Below, piece by piece: positions 50,386 to 62,689 of a DNA stretch of 64,000 nt (positions within the stretch are counted from its first letter, which is position 1; each line of letters opens with the position of its first letter). The notes under the pieces were generated by a model. It searched no databases and was not told where the DNA came from. It saw nothing but the letters and a program-made list of their open reading frames with translations. Source of the DNA: Felis catus (taxonomy: Eukaryota); the NCBI RefSeq assembly GCF_018350175.1, contig NC_058382.1, positions 53,818,001 to 53,882,000 of the forward strand, written 5' to 3'. The position numbers were made by a program, and so were the translations under genes.

Positions 50386-52127
50386 ATATTATTTGTTGTC
50401 AGGCATATATCACATAATTTACATTCATTTGTTCAAAAAATACACTCACTGAGTAAGTATGCTGCTCCAGGAATCGCGCCAGGTTCTGAGGGCACAGCAG
50501 TGGCCCCAAGAGTCCGGAACATATTTACAGGCCAGAGAACAGTGAGAAAACAGGCCACAAAGGCGGGTACTGCTACACCCATTCGAATGTTAAGAACCTG
50601 AAGACACAGAGGACTAAAGTAACTTCTCCAAAGTCTTCTGAGTTACAAATGACCCAGGCGGGATCCAACCATGTCTGTCTCACAAACAAACCCGTGTCAT
50701 TTTCACCACCTTCTCATCTTCCTTGGGGACGGCTTGGGATGCAGAACTAAACTTCCTTCACATGCCTAAACCTGTCATTTTCCTCTAAATTCCCGGAAGC
50801 TACATACATCCCTTCCTCGGATGGGACAGTGGCCGTTTCCAAAGCTGCTTTGAACCACGGTACTTCTCAACGTGCTTCTCTTAGGGACCACAGGCACGTA
50901 TCTTGTTATACACAGCCCCTGATATTTTGATTATTTTGATGCAAATCCATCACCCATAATAAATTCCCCTGCTTTCCAAACGCAATCGATTTTAGAGGCA
51001 TGAAAGCAAAAGCGAAGTAAGCCCTGACAGTCTTCGCGAGTGTCCGTGACAGGAGAGGCCTAAGTGGCTGCAAGCTATTTTCCTCACCGTCAATCCGCCA
51101 GATGATCTTCCTTGCACAAACACACACCCATACGGGCTGGCTAATGCTTGCCTTTTCGGACATATGTGAGCAAATAAATGTAATTACGAGCAAGATGTAA
51201 TCACAACTGCCTCGCTATTAAAGCTGTGGTACGCTCTCGTGGCTCGGCTAACAATATAGGCAGAAGGGTGGAACTGCTTGCTCCTCTCCCAGAAAGAAAA
51301 ACATTCCAGAAGTATGGCCTCTTTAAAATTATATCTGCAAAAATACAACATTTAAATGCAGAATCTGACTTCCCAAGAATCGCACCAGAAAACCTTTTAA
51401 CAGAAACAGCAGGGAGAGAAAGCTTTTTAAATCATGATACTCCATGAAGGATTATGAAAATGGGGGTCATCGCATGAGACAGAATTGCAAATACAATGAG
51501 GAAAATCTTCTCCTCTGTGTAAATACATGAGGACAATTTATTCTTCTCTGTTGAGCCATCAGGGGATATTTTCAGCTTCTGGACAAAGGAAGGGAAAGAA
51601 GCCACCATGTCCAAATGGATCTGTTCGGAGGGATGCGCTGGGCTGCTGCCCGGTAGTAAGGGTCACCTTCTCACACACTCAACCAGGCTGCCTGAGAAGA
51701 ACTGGCCTAAGACTTTCCCAGAGCCCGTTAAGCAACTGGGCACACAAAAGCTGACCGAAGACTCACTTGCGTTCGGTCCTTAAGACAAGAGCAGAAAGGA
51801 CAAACCTACCCACGTCCAAATGCACAGATACCAGCCTACCAGCCCAATGGTACATGCAGGACGCTCAGGCATCGACTATCTTCCTACTCAGCTCGTCTCT
51901 CAGAAACAGCCGACCCCACCAACCACGTTACTTAGTCAACACTGAGCACTGGTCTCTGGTGAGATTTTCAGGACGAAAGAGGTTACTCAACAGTGTATCT
52001 TATTTCTAAGTTATAATGACAGATCTGTAAAAATAGCGTCTTCGTGTTGCCATCTGTGTGTATGTTCCTATCTGTGCGGTGCACACGTGGTTGGCGTAGA
52101 CACAGATATGCTTTCTTGAGGAGCCAT

Positions 52128-52167
52128 GATAGGTAGGTAGGTAGGTAGGTAGGAAGGAAAGTAGGTA
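52128..52167 (+). repeat. (TAGG)n tetranucleotide repeat
   Basis: Read directly. Confidence 0.9.
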
Positions 52168-52837
52168 GACAGATTCTTCTTTTACTTGAAATTTCTTGGT
52201 TACTTACAAGGAAATAGTTGGGTAACTATCACAATACTGAGAAGATAAAGGGGAATAAGAAACACAAGTGTTCTGCCCTCAAGTGTACTGTTATCTAGTT
52301 GGGAAAGACAGGTGAACGAATGAACAGAATACACCAATGCAAAGTAGGAAGTGCTCCATGAGATTGGGTGAAATAGGGCTGTTTCTTTGGTTTGCCCGCA
52401 TAAAGTCTCCAAATCTTGACTCAGACTATGGATTGGGCTCACCAAGTTGAAATACTTTGGCTAAACTCCAAAAATTGTTTTGTTTAATGGGACTTTGTAA
52501 TAAAAGTGAAACATTTTCTGGGAATGAGCAATACACAGAATAAAATCAACTACATGGTCTTTCCTACACAACAAACTTTAATAATGCTCTATTTCTTCAA
52601 TGTTAAAGGTCAGAGTTTTTCACACTTTAGCATGGCTGAAAATAGGATGTGCACCCTATCAGTGGAATCTCTAAACTGCAATTGATAGCATTTTTTTCTT
52701 TTTGGGATTATACATAAAATCATGTTGTGTCTTACTCTTAGATGCAAGGAATTATAACCTATGTATTAATTGATCAATATAATAATTATATACAGAGTTC
52801 TGATTATGGTGTGGTGGACTGATCAGTGCTAATTACA

Positions 52838-53043
52838 TTGTAGTGTGCTCATATATGTTTAACAACTAGTTCTCCAGGGGGAAAAAGTCCCTGATTTACA
52901 GCAATTGGCAAATTTTCATGGCGTAAATACTCCTACCATGGTCGATTTCAAGCTACCAAGGTGACATCATTGAATGTAAGGTGGGAAGGGTTCAGCAAAA
53001 TTGGCCAGGAGAGCATGTGTGAGCTGGCCCCAACACACCACTG
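52838..53043 (-). mobile_element. MER63A-like hAT MITE
   Basis: 'gtaaatactcctaccatggtcgatttcaagctacca...gtgacatcattgaa...acacaccactg' is collinear with the reverse complement of the recalled MER63A consensus. Confidence 0.8.
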
Positions 53044-54792
53044 TACCCATGTCAATCTAGAGCTAATTTCAAACTCTTTCTCAGACAGCACGTCTCAGGC
53101 AGCAGACCAACAATGGTTGGCTAGAACAGCCTGTAAATCCTGATCAGTGTTTGTATTTAATATCACCCTGACAATACTAAGTTATAAATAATCTAAAGTG
53201 CGGTTCTGATGTTAATGTTCAGTCCCTTCTCATCAGGCTCCTAGCCTCTGTTTGTGAAGGGAGTATTTCTATCCTTACCCTACCGAAATTCTGTTTTTCA
53301 TCATCTGGTTTAGTGTCAGCTGCTGATTCCAATTTTTGTGTAATGTTATTCCATATTCCATAGCAATCTTCATTAGAATTGTATACATTGTAAAATGTAT
53401 ACATTTGGGGCTTTATACAAATTGCAGAGGACAGTTGGTCTCTGTCTGCAAATGTTCTGAGTCTACACTTGAAGGGCTGAATATTTTCTGTCTATGGTCA
53501 AAGAAAAGGCAAAGGAGAGCCACTCTCACCACCTGTATTCAATGTTGTAATGGACATTCTAGCCAGGGCAATAAGGCAAGTAAAATTCAATCAACCAATG
53601 AATGAATCAATCAATCAATCAACCAATCATGTGACTGATCATAGGATCCATGTGATCCCAATTGGAAAAAGTAATTAAAACTGTTCTTACTCACATACGA
53701 CAAGGTCTTCAATGGAGAAGACTTGGTGGGCCCCCCCCAAAAATGATACTGAAACTGATAAATGAGTTTAACAAGGTTGCAGTATACAAAGTCAATACAC
53801 AAAAATCAATTCTATTTCTATATACTATCAACAAAAAACTGGAAATTAAAATCTTAAAAATACCATTTAAAATATCTTTTTTTGCAATACTAGTTTTTAT
53901 TTTATTTCTTTTTTATATATAATTTATTGTCAAATTGGTTTCCATACAATACCCAGTGCTCATTCTAACAGGTGCCCTGCTCAGTGTCCATCACCCACTT
54001 TCCCCTCTCCCCCACCCCCATCAACCCTCAGTTTGTTCTCAGTACTTAAGAGTCTCTTAAGGTTTGCCTCCTTCCCTCTCGGTAACTTTTTCCCCCCTTC
54101 CCCTCCCCCATGGTCTTCTGTTAAGTTTCTCAGGATCCACATGAGTGAAAACATATGGTATCTGTCTTTCTCTGCCTCACTTATTTCACTTAGCATAATA
54201 CTCTCCAGTTCCATCCACATTGCTCCAAATGACCAGATTTTATTCTTTCTCATTGCCAAGTAATATTCCACTGTACATATAAACCACATCTTCTTTATCC
54301 ATTCATCAGTTGATGGACATTTAGGCTCTTCCCATAATTGGGCTATTGTTGAAAGTGCTGCTATAAACATTGGGATACAAGTGCCCCTATACATCAGCAC
54401 TCCTGTATCCCTTGGGTAAATCCCTAGCAGTGCTACTGCTGGGTCATAGGGTAGATCTATTTTTAATTTTTTGAGGAACCTCCACACTGTTTTCCAGACC
54501 GGCTGCACCAGTTTGCATTCCCACCAACAATGCAAGAGCGTTCCCGTTTCTCCACATCCTCACCAACATCTACAGTCTCCTGATTTGTTCATTTTAGCTA
54601 CTCTGACCAGTGTGAGGTGGTATCTCAGCGTGGTTTTGATTTGTATTTCCCTGATGACGAGTGATGTTGAGCACCTTTTCATGTGCCTGTTGGCCATCTG
54701 GATGTCTACTTTAGAAAAGTGTCTATTCATGTCTTCTGCCCATTTCTTCACTGGATTATTTGTTTTTCAGGTGTGGACTTTGGGAGTTCTTT

Positions 54793-55042
54793 TTTTTATG
54801 TTTATTCATTTTTGAAAGACATAGAGACAGAGCACAAGCAGGGATGGGGCATAGAGAGAGGGGGACACAGAATCTGAAGCAGGCTCCAGGCTCTGAGCTG
54901 TCAACACAAAAGCCCCATGTGTTGTGCTCGCTTCGGCAGCACATATACTAAAAGCCCCATGTGGGGCTTGAACTCATGAACCGCGAGATCATGACCTGAG
55001 CCAAAGTCAGACGCTCAACCCACTGAGCAACCCAGGCGTCCC
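54793..55042 (-). mobile_element. Can-SINE inserted in the young L1 and itself interrupted by a U6 fragment
   Basis: Flanking repeat gagttcttt at 54784-54792 and 55046-55054; canonical SINE ends. Confidence 0.95.
54924..54953 (+). pseudogene. RNU6: 3'-truncated (tailless) U6 snRNA retropseudogene, U6 nt 1-30
   Basis: GTGCTCGCTTCGGCAGCACATATACTAAAA is the exact 5' end of vertebrate U6; perfect 14-bp TSD aaaagccccatgtg at 54908-54921 and 54950-54963. Confidence 0.96.
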
Positions 55043-56959
55043 GGTGAGTTCTTTATAGATTTTGAATACTAGCCCTTTATCCAATATGCCATTTGCAAAT
55101 ACCTTTTCCCGTTCTGTCGGTTTTAGTTTTAGTTTTGTTGATTGTTTCCTTTGCAGTGCAGAAGCTTTTTATCTTGATGAGGTCCCAATAGTTCATTTTT
55201 GCTTTTAATTCCCTTGCCTATCTTTTAAAGATATGAAATACTTAGGAATAAATCTGATGAAAGACATGAAGGACCTGTACTTTGAAATCTATAAAACATT
55301 GCTGGAGAAATTAAAGACCTAAATAAATGGAGGATATACTGTGTTCATGGGTCAGAAAGCTCAATATGGTTAAGATGTCAGTTCTCGCTAATCAGTATCC
55401 CAGCAGGCTCCTTATGGCAGAAACTGAGAGTATTCTAAAAGCCATATGGAAATGCAAAAAAGCTAAAGTGGCCAGAACAACTATGAAAAAGAATAAAGTT
55501 TTAGAGCTAACACCCCAGATTTCAAGATTTATAACAAAGTGCCAATGTGCAAACAACAGCTTTTCTACATGGGACAAAGGCAATTCAGCAGATGAAGGTA
55601 GTGTTTACAAGTGGTACTAGAATAACTGAGTATCCATATAAAAATATCACCTTTGATCCATTTACTTGCTAATATATAATATTAACTCAAAGTGGATCAC
55701 AGGCTTAAATATTAAACTTCAAAAAGAAAACGTAGGAGGAAACATTTTTGACATTGGACTAGGCAATGATTTCTCAGACATGACATCAAAAGCACAATCC
55801 ATAAAGGAACAAATTGATAAACTGGACTTCATAAAAATTTAAAATGTCTACTCTTCAAAAGATACTGTGAAGAGAATGAAAAGACAAAGCACAGACTGAG
55901 AGTATATATTCACAAGTAATATACTTGGCAAAGAATTTGCACTCAAAATATATAAAGGACTCTTGAAAGTCAATAATAAGCAAACCAACCACCCAACAAA
56001 TAAAAAGATATATGGATTGCAAGTAAGTACATGGAAAGTTGCCAATATCACTGGTCATTAGGGAAATGAAGATTAAAACTATAGCCAGATACTGCTACAT
56101 ACCTATTCAAATCACTAAAATTAAAATGGCTGATCTCACTGGGTCTTGGAAAAGACTCTCATATACTGTTGTGGGGATGTAAAATGGTACCACTACTTTG
56201 GAAAACAGCTTGGCAATTTCTTAAGATGTCAAAGTATACACCTATCCTATAATCCAACTGTTCCAACCCCAGTTATCTGCCCGAAAGAAATGATTTGTGT
56301 ATACAAAGTCTTTTACGTGCATGTTTGTAGACACCTAGTTTATAATACCTAGAAACTGGAGACTCCCCAAATTTCCAACAACAGGTGAATGGTTAAACAG
56401 AGGCATATTCATACAACGGAATACTTCTAGGCAGAACAAGAATGAATATCTGATACACATCCCAGCATGGATCAGCCTCAAAATTGTGGTGAGTGAAAGA
56501 AGCCAAACAGCAAGTATGCATAGAATCCCATTTATGTGAAATTTTATAAAATACAAACTAATGTATAGTGACAGAAAGTAGATAGTGGTTGCCTAATGGG
56601 CAGAAGTGATTACAAAGGGACCCAAGGAAACTTGTCTACGTATATATCAAACTAGTGTCTACACATATCAAAACTTACCAAACTGTGCATTTTATATATG
56701 TGCAGGTTATTCTATGTTAATTTTCCATCAATAGAGCTCTTTTTTTAAAAAAAATAGCAAATACTGGAATGATTTTAGTGTCAGAATTCTTAAAATGTGC
56801 CTATGCATATTTTAGACAAAGTGGATTGATGATTCAGAATAAAGAGATAAATGCACTAATTTCACAATTTGTAACACAATGTATTTGTTCTGGGTAGTAG
56901 AGTTTGAATGCAAAGGTTTGAACACTTTCTTCACTTTTAAATTGGTTGTTTTGGCTTAT

Positions 56960-57095
56960 GTGTATCCATTCATTCATTCATTCATTCAGTAAATAGTTAT
57001 TGAGCACTAACAACCAGCACTCTCCTAATACATTATTTTCTTTTAAAAGATGAAGTCTCTATTTCACGGAATTGCAATCTAGTAAGGAAGAGAGA
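56960..57095. mobile_element. L2 3' terminus with (CATT)n
   Basis: 'cattcattcattcattcagtaaatagttattgagcacta' is the typical antisense L2 end. Confidence 0.7.
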
Positions 57096-57117
57096 CAAAT
57101 AAAATGCAACACAAGCA

Positions 57118-57221
57118 GGGGTGCCTAGCTGGCTCACTTGGTGGAGCATGTGATTCTTGATCTTGGCCTTGTGAGTTCAAGCCCCACATGGAGTGTAGAG
57201 ATTAAATTTTTTTAATAAATA
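57118..57221 (+). mobile_element. Short old Can-SINE (tRNA-derived part only, SINEC_old-like, no CT segment)
   Basis: 'ggggtgcctagctggctcacttggtggagcatgtgattcttgatctt...gagttcaagccccac...tgtagagatta'; TSD aaataaaatgcaacac at 57097-57112 and 57222-57237. Confidence 0.9.
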
Positions 57222-59179
57222 AAATAAAATGCAACACTATATGTATACCCTTTATTGGAAATTATCTTGTGTACCTACTATGTGCCAGACAATTAATGGT
57301 AGAGTTGAGCAAGCAACCAGCTTTCCTATCACCTAGGAACGTAAAGTTCAAGCTAAGAAATGAGTATCAAAGGAGTGACCATGATAAAGTACATGCTATG
57401 AGGCTGCTTTCTAAGGAAGCAACTGACAAAGGGGTCAGCCCAGATTCCCAGAGAAAAGGAGGCTGAAACTGTGGTTTTGCCTTCTAACTATTTCATGCTA
57501 TCCTGAGTACTGGATTTGCAGCTCTGTTTCCTACATTTTAAGGGTTGCCTTCTAGGAAGGGCATCTGGATGGTCCTATGCGATCACCATCATAGTCAGCC
57601 TTTCTGAAGCAGCAAAAGAAAAATATGGATGATACAGAAAACAGCAGGTGCCAGGTCCTAACAATATAGGAGATAGCCCACTGTGGCCAAAAGATAGTCA
57701 AACTGTAATTGGGGCATACAGTATTTCAATCATTCCCAAATAGATAAGACAGATTTCCCCCAAATTTTCCATTGCCCTATCTTTGGAACAGCTCCACATG
57801 TGGCTATTTTTAGCTACATCATCGCAGTAAAGGCTAATCAGCTGAGGCATTACATACTGAGTCATGCCAACGTCTACTTAATAAGAAAGAACACATTCTT
57901 TAAATGTGGCAAGGGTAGAATATATATACCTCAATGGTACTGAACAGAGGGGATAATTCCCAGAGGTGCTTAAATTCCAAATCAGATCACTTTCCAGAAG
58001 CCAGCAAGAACATTTATTCAATATCAGATTTTCTGTGCTCAGATTGTCTTTCTTCGAGTCCTCACTCAAGCAGAAACATGAAGGTTTTTTTTTTTTAGCA
58101 TCAACACTGCATCAATAGTGTTTCATGAGATAACATGAAAGGATAAAGTCATTTTTTTCCTGCAGTTCAAAGTAGTCTTACAGGAAATTTGCTGTCAGTG
58201 GCATCCTCTGAGACCAAGTCTTTACCAGAGAAGGCAAGTAAAGCCAGTGACCGCAGCAAATAAACATTCTTCTCGCTACCTGGATTCTGGGCTAAGAGTG
58301 ATTTTAGTGGGGCCAGAGCTATCACTCTGGTGTCTTCTCTCAGAAACCTTCTATTCCTTGTCCTCTGACTATAGGATACCAAACCAGATTTTCCTATATT
58401 TCATACACCACGCCACTGGTCAGTATTAGCCTCAAAAGAGGCCGGTGTCAAAGGGTCGTAGATCATTTGAGCTGGGAAGAAATCAAAAGCATCCAGCCCA
58501 CCCTTCTCATTTTGTAGATGAGGAGACTGTAGCCCACAGAATTGGGGTCTTCTCCACTATCACATTTCCATTCATTCAATAACTATCTGCAATATGCTAC
58601 ACCTGTGTCATCAAGTCCCCACAGCATCTGAGGATGTAAGAGCTATATACTAATCTTTTAGACGAAAAATAAAAATGTGACTCCAAAGTCTGGTATGTTG
58701 TCTAAGATTTTAAGTGCCATAACTGAACCTCAAACTTGGATCTGAAGACTCTAAATCCGGTGTGTCTTGACGGGTGTCAGAGATGTTACAACTCTTACCC
58801 GTTTTTAAACTTCTTCTATCAGCAAAGCAGAAGGACTTGACAATGCAGCCATTTAAATCACTCTGCTACGACCAATCCAAAGTCTTCCTCTGCTTACGAG
58901 TGGCCTCTGGTGAGGGTCTTGGGCCATGAGTGTTTATGATCTTGTCAGGCCCTCAGCCCTTTGCTGTGAACCTCATTAGATGTGCTCTTCCGGCAACTCT
59001 ATTCCATTACATGCAGAAGTGGAGTAAATGGAGTACAGAGGGTGTTCTCAGGGGGAAAGATCAAAATAAAAGGGGGTGACTGGTTAGAGACTGTTTCTGG
59101 GGAAAGGGATGATGCATATGAGATTCACCAGGTTTACAAACGCATCAGGTCCCCACAGAACCTGTCATCTACTGTGCGT

Positions 59180-59725
59180 AAAACGCCCACAGTGATGTTT
59201 CCCAAATGCACATCTGCTCACATCTCTCCTCTCTACCCCTTTGCCCTCAGGATCAAGTCCAGGCTCATTAACAGGGCTGGCAAAGCTCCCCGTGATATGA
59301 CCCCTGTCTTTTTCCATCTGCAACTCTTCTTGGCAATCTGATCCACTGCTCTGCTTTCTTCATATGCATACCTACCTTCCATTCTCCCCCTCCCCAAGGG
59401 CCCCTCTCCCCTCTAGACCCTTGAACAAGCTGTCCGTTCATCCAGTGAGACTCTTCTCAACCTCCAGGATAAGCTCAGATGTTATTCTTTCTGAGGAGCC
59501 TTGCTTGTGCCCCGAACCCTGTAACAAATGGACCCAGGCTGGGCCTCCTAGTCTCTCCGTTTCATGGCTATTGTCACAGAGCAGTGAAATAGCCTGTTTA
59601 ATTTCACCCATCTACCACTATATTGGAAGTTTCCAGCTCACCAGTGTATCCAAGGCCAGGCTCAATGTCTTACCCACAGTTGTTGTACAATAGTTATTTC
59701 AGATGAATGAATGGATGGATGGATT
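59180..59725. mobile_element. L2 3' fragment
   Basis: 'gccctcaggatcaagtccaggctc...gctcagatgttattctttctgaggagccttgc...gatgaatgaatggatggatgg'. Confidence 0.6.
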
Positions 59726-62689
59726 AATTAGTTAATTAATTAATAGTGCTATGACTTGTTCTATAAACAGTTATAATTAGGTCGCTTCCATTGAAGGCAA
59801 CCAAGAATGACAAGCAGTTTAGACCTGTCCTTCCAAGCGATTTTTTTGGAGAGTTCATGGGGTCAGCCCAGCCCAGCAATCTGTGTTGAAAAGACTGCCC
59901 AGGGGGCATACAGAATGCATATTTGCGACATACACCTGAGAGGCTCAGGAGGGTCCAAGTTTCTCTGAAGCATCATCGGCCAATAAACGAGGGGACTCTA
60001 AAAGCAAACATGCAAGGTCTTCTACGCTACAGAATTTATTCCTCGTTGATGCTGAAATGGAACCTGAGACAGACAGAGGCTTAATGAACAAAGACTCTGG
60101 AAGAGGCAACCTGTCTTTGGGTAAAATGAAATCACTCCCGATTACCTCCAATGGACAGCAGTTATGAGCTCCTGTACACAATTTAAAGGTAATCTTGTAA
60201 TTTAAAAAGGGGGGGGGGAATGCCCATTGAACCTAATGGTAAGTGACATTATGGCTCAGCTGTGATTAGAATCAAGCAACTTTCTTCTGGTGCTTTAGTG
60301 GCAGTGGCTTCCTTAGGTTCAGAGAGGGTTAATTCTATGATCCTTGGGGATGCTTTAATGGCCCTGGTTATCCAAACCTTGATTCAGAGCAGAGGCTGCG
60401 GATTATGTTTTCTCTGCACATCCACAGACATATTAGGACATGAAGTGAACATGACAGCAGGAGAATATCTCCTTTCTCCTCGGAAATGCCCCAGGAGAGT
60501 TTCCCACCGCGACCTCCTCAGACCCTGGCTTTGCATTAGAGTTATTGTCCTGAGAGCAGATTCAGTTAGAGCCTCTGATTCATTTCCTATAGTGCTCTCT
60601 TGTTTATTCTTGGTGGCAGCTAACTTGTAAAATTTTATTATGATTTTTTTTTCTTGGTTTGTGTCATGGAAGAGATAAAAAAAAAACCACACCACCAACA
60701 ACAATGATTCTATCATCAGTCCTAAATGTAGTTGTATAAATCCACACTGAGGCCATGTGTCTACAGGGGAAATGCAGGATAACAGGTTGTTGTGTTTCTA
60801 GTGGCCGTTCTCTGGGCTTGGATTTCATGTTTCTTATGGTCCAGAGGACCGAGGCAGGAAACTATACGTCTTGCGGGTACCGCTGGCACAGTGGTCATGC
60901 TAATTTGGATTTCACATGTCATCCGCTCACCATACTGGTGTTAGAGTGATCCTTGTCAAGCACACTGTGATCAAATCACCACCACCATCAACTGGTGATT
61001 CACCAAAATCACCATGGCTCACTGTGATTGCCACATTGAGCACTTCTCAGATGCCACAGCCCCCAGCTTCAACCTGTATACTCCAGTTACACTGAAACAC
61101 ACAAAGTAGCCATTGTAGGTCCACTGTTTCATGACTCTGTGCCAACTTACGGTGTCCCTTCTCTTAGGACATCCTCCATTTTCTCCCCCCATGTTTCTTC
61201 CTCTCACTGCTACTCCTTTGCTCAGAATTAACTCTCCAGGCATCATCTCCATCAAGCTGCTTCCCAAACACCCCACTGGACTTCATCCATCTACTGAAAT
61301 AGCCCATTTGGTTCTCTTTATCCCTTGTCAAAAAACACTCTACCTCCTCATTCAGACCAGGCTCTATCCATCCTTGTATTTCCAAAGCCTCGCAGAGTGA
61401 TTGGTATGCGGGTGGCCAACCAATACAGCTTCACTGCACTCTTCATGTTTCACCCTAGATGTCACGACCTCCAAGAAGTGACGCCCTTCCTCGAGGCTTG
61501 CTGGCCATGCCTCCTATTTGCTCTTATAGCACACTATTGAATACCATTAGTATTTCTTAGTATTTCCCCCACTGACTTGTCTATTTTCCCTCTAATCAGG
61601 AGCTTCTCCAGGGCAGGAAGTACATTTTCTGTGTCCACTAGTTCATGCCCAGAGCCATGCACAGCACCTGAAACAACATGCCAAATAAATGAATAAACAA
61701 AGAATGCAGATAAAGAGTGCCATTAAGAACCCAACAGGTCTATAGAGTGGACTCTGGCAACTTCAGCTAGATCTTTGAAATCCATGATCCCACAAGCACT
61801 GCTTCCAAGACAGGAACAGATGGGAGAGAAGGCCTTCCCAGTAGGAGTTATCATACCCGTGCCCTGAACCTCCTGAAAAGCCCAGAACACCATACTGTCA
61901 TAACGTGATGACAGATGAAAAGTGCAAAATTAAATTCAAGCTCATCTTGCAATTTTGTGTTTAGTCTTCTGTTGCCAACCTACGAGGTGCTTTTAAAACA
62001 GCTTGAGGATTTACCACTAATACCTTCCCGAAGACAACATTGTCTTTTGGCAGTCAGGGCTCCACCAAATTGTTGTTTTGGTGTTGGGTGTGTTTGGGGG
62101 TTGGGAAGGGGCAGACAAAAAGCAATGGGATTAATCTTTCAGCTGTCTGTCAGTTCATTTCAGCTGAGTACGTAGGACGGTTTTTGAGTTTTATGATGGC
62201 TCCAAGTGACATGGATGAAAACATCTCCAGCCCCAACCTGTATTATGGTGTTGTCTCGGTTTGGGGGTCTGTTTCATGTAAGTTTCATTCTCTACACCAT
62301 GCTCGGCTGTGTTCATTCCTCTAGCCTGAGGAGAAAACAGATTCTGTCGCCTTTTTATCCATCCCCTGGAAATTCCAGGTTTACATTGTATTTCGGTGAA
62401 GAAAGCTAACTTACCAAAGCCCATGCTGGAGTGAACCATAGTCGACTTAGACAATTCTCTCAAATCTTCTGGAAGTTTCTATCTAAACCATTATTCTAAG
62501 GAACTCTCTTAATGGAGGGGCTGTGTCGGTGGAGTAGAAATCAAGCTGAACTATTTAAGGGTAGAAGTGAGCTTTGCTTTAATGTGGCTGGAGAAGAAAC
62601 AAATGCTACATGAGAACAGACAGGGTTCTAGAATTGCTTTGACCTGAACCTACAATTGATACTTTTGCAGGTTGTTTTTTCCCAAGCAG

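Larger units (their letters stand above)
53881..55218 (-). mobile_element. Young 5'-truncated carnivore/felid L1 (ORF2 C-terminus plus 3'UTR)
   Basis: ORF track shows well-preserved ORF2p C-terminal peptides ([57 protein letters not shown]); TSD tatctttt at 53873-53880 and 55219-55226 at a TTTT/AA endonuclease site. Confidence 0.96.
53460..56740 (+). mobile_element. Old L1 (L1MB/MC-type): RT region to 3'UTR, interrupted at 53881-55218
   Basis: 'aaggcaaaggagagccactctcaccacctgtattcaatgttgtaatggacattctagccagggcaataaggcaag' resembles RT motif [24 protein letters not shown]; resumes at 55219 with 'gaaatacttaggaataaatctg'; 3'UTR runs to about 56740. Confidence 0.92.

Noticed and set aside
53981..54751. 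ORFs with clear protein similarity
   Set aside because: C-terminal fragments of L1 ORF2p in a 5'-truncated element; not a host gene and not autonomous.
54924..54953. Functional U6 gene
   Set aside because: Only 30 of about 107 nt; no upstream PSE/TATA context, no ACAGAGA box, and bounded by a TSD.
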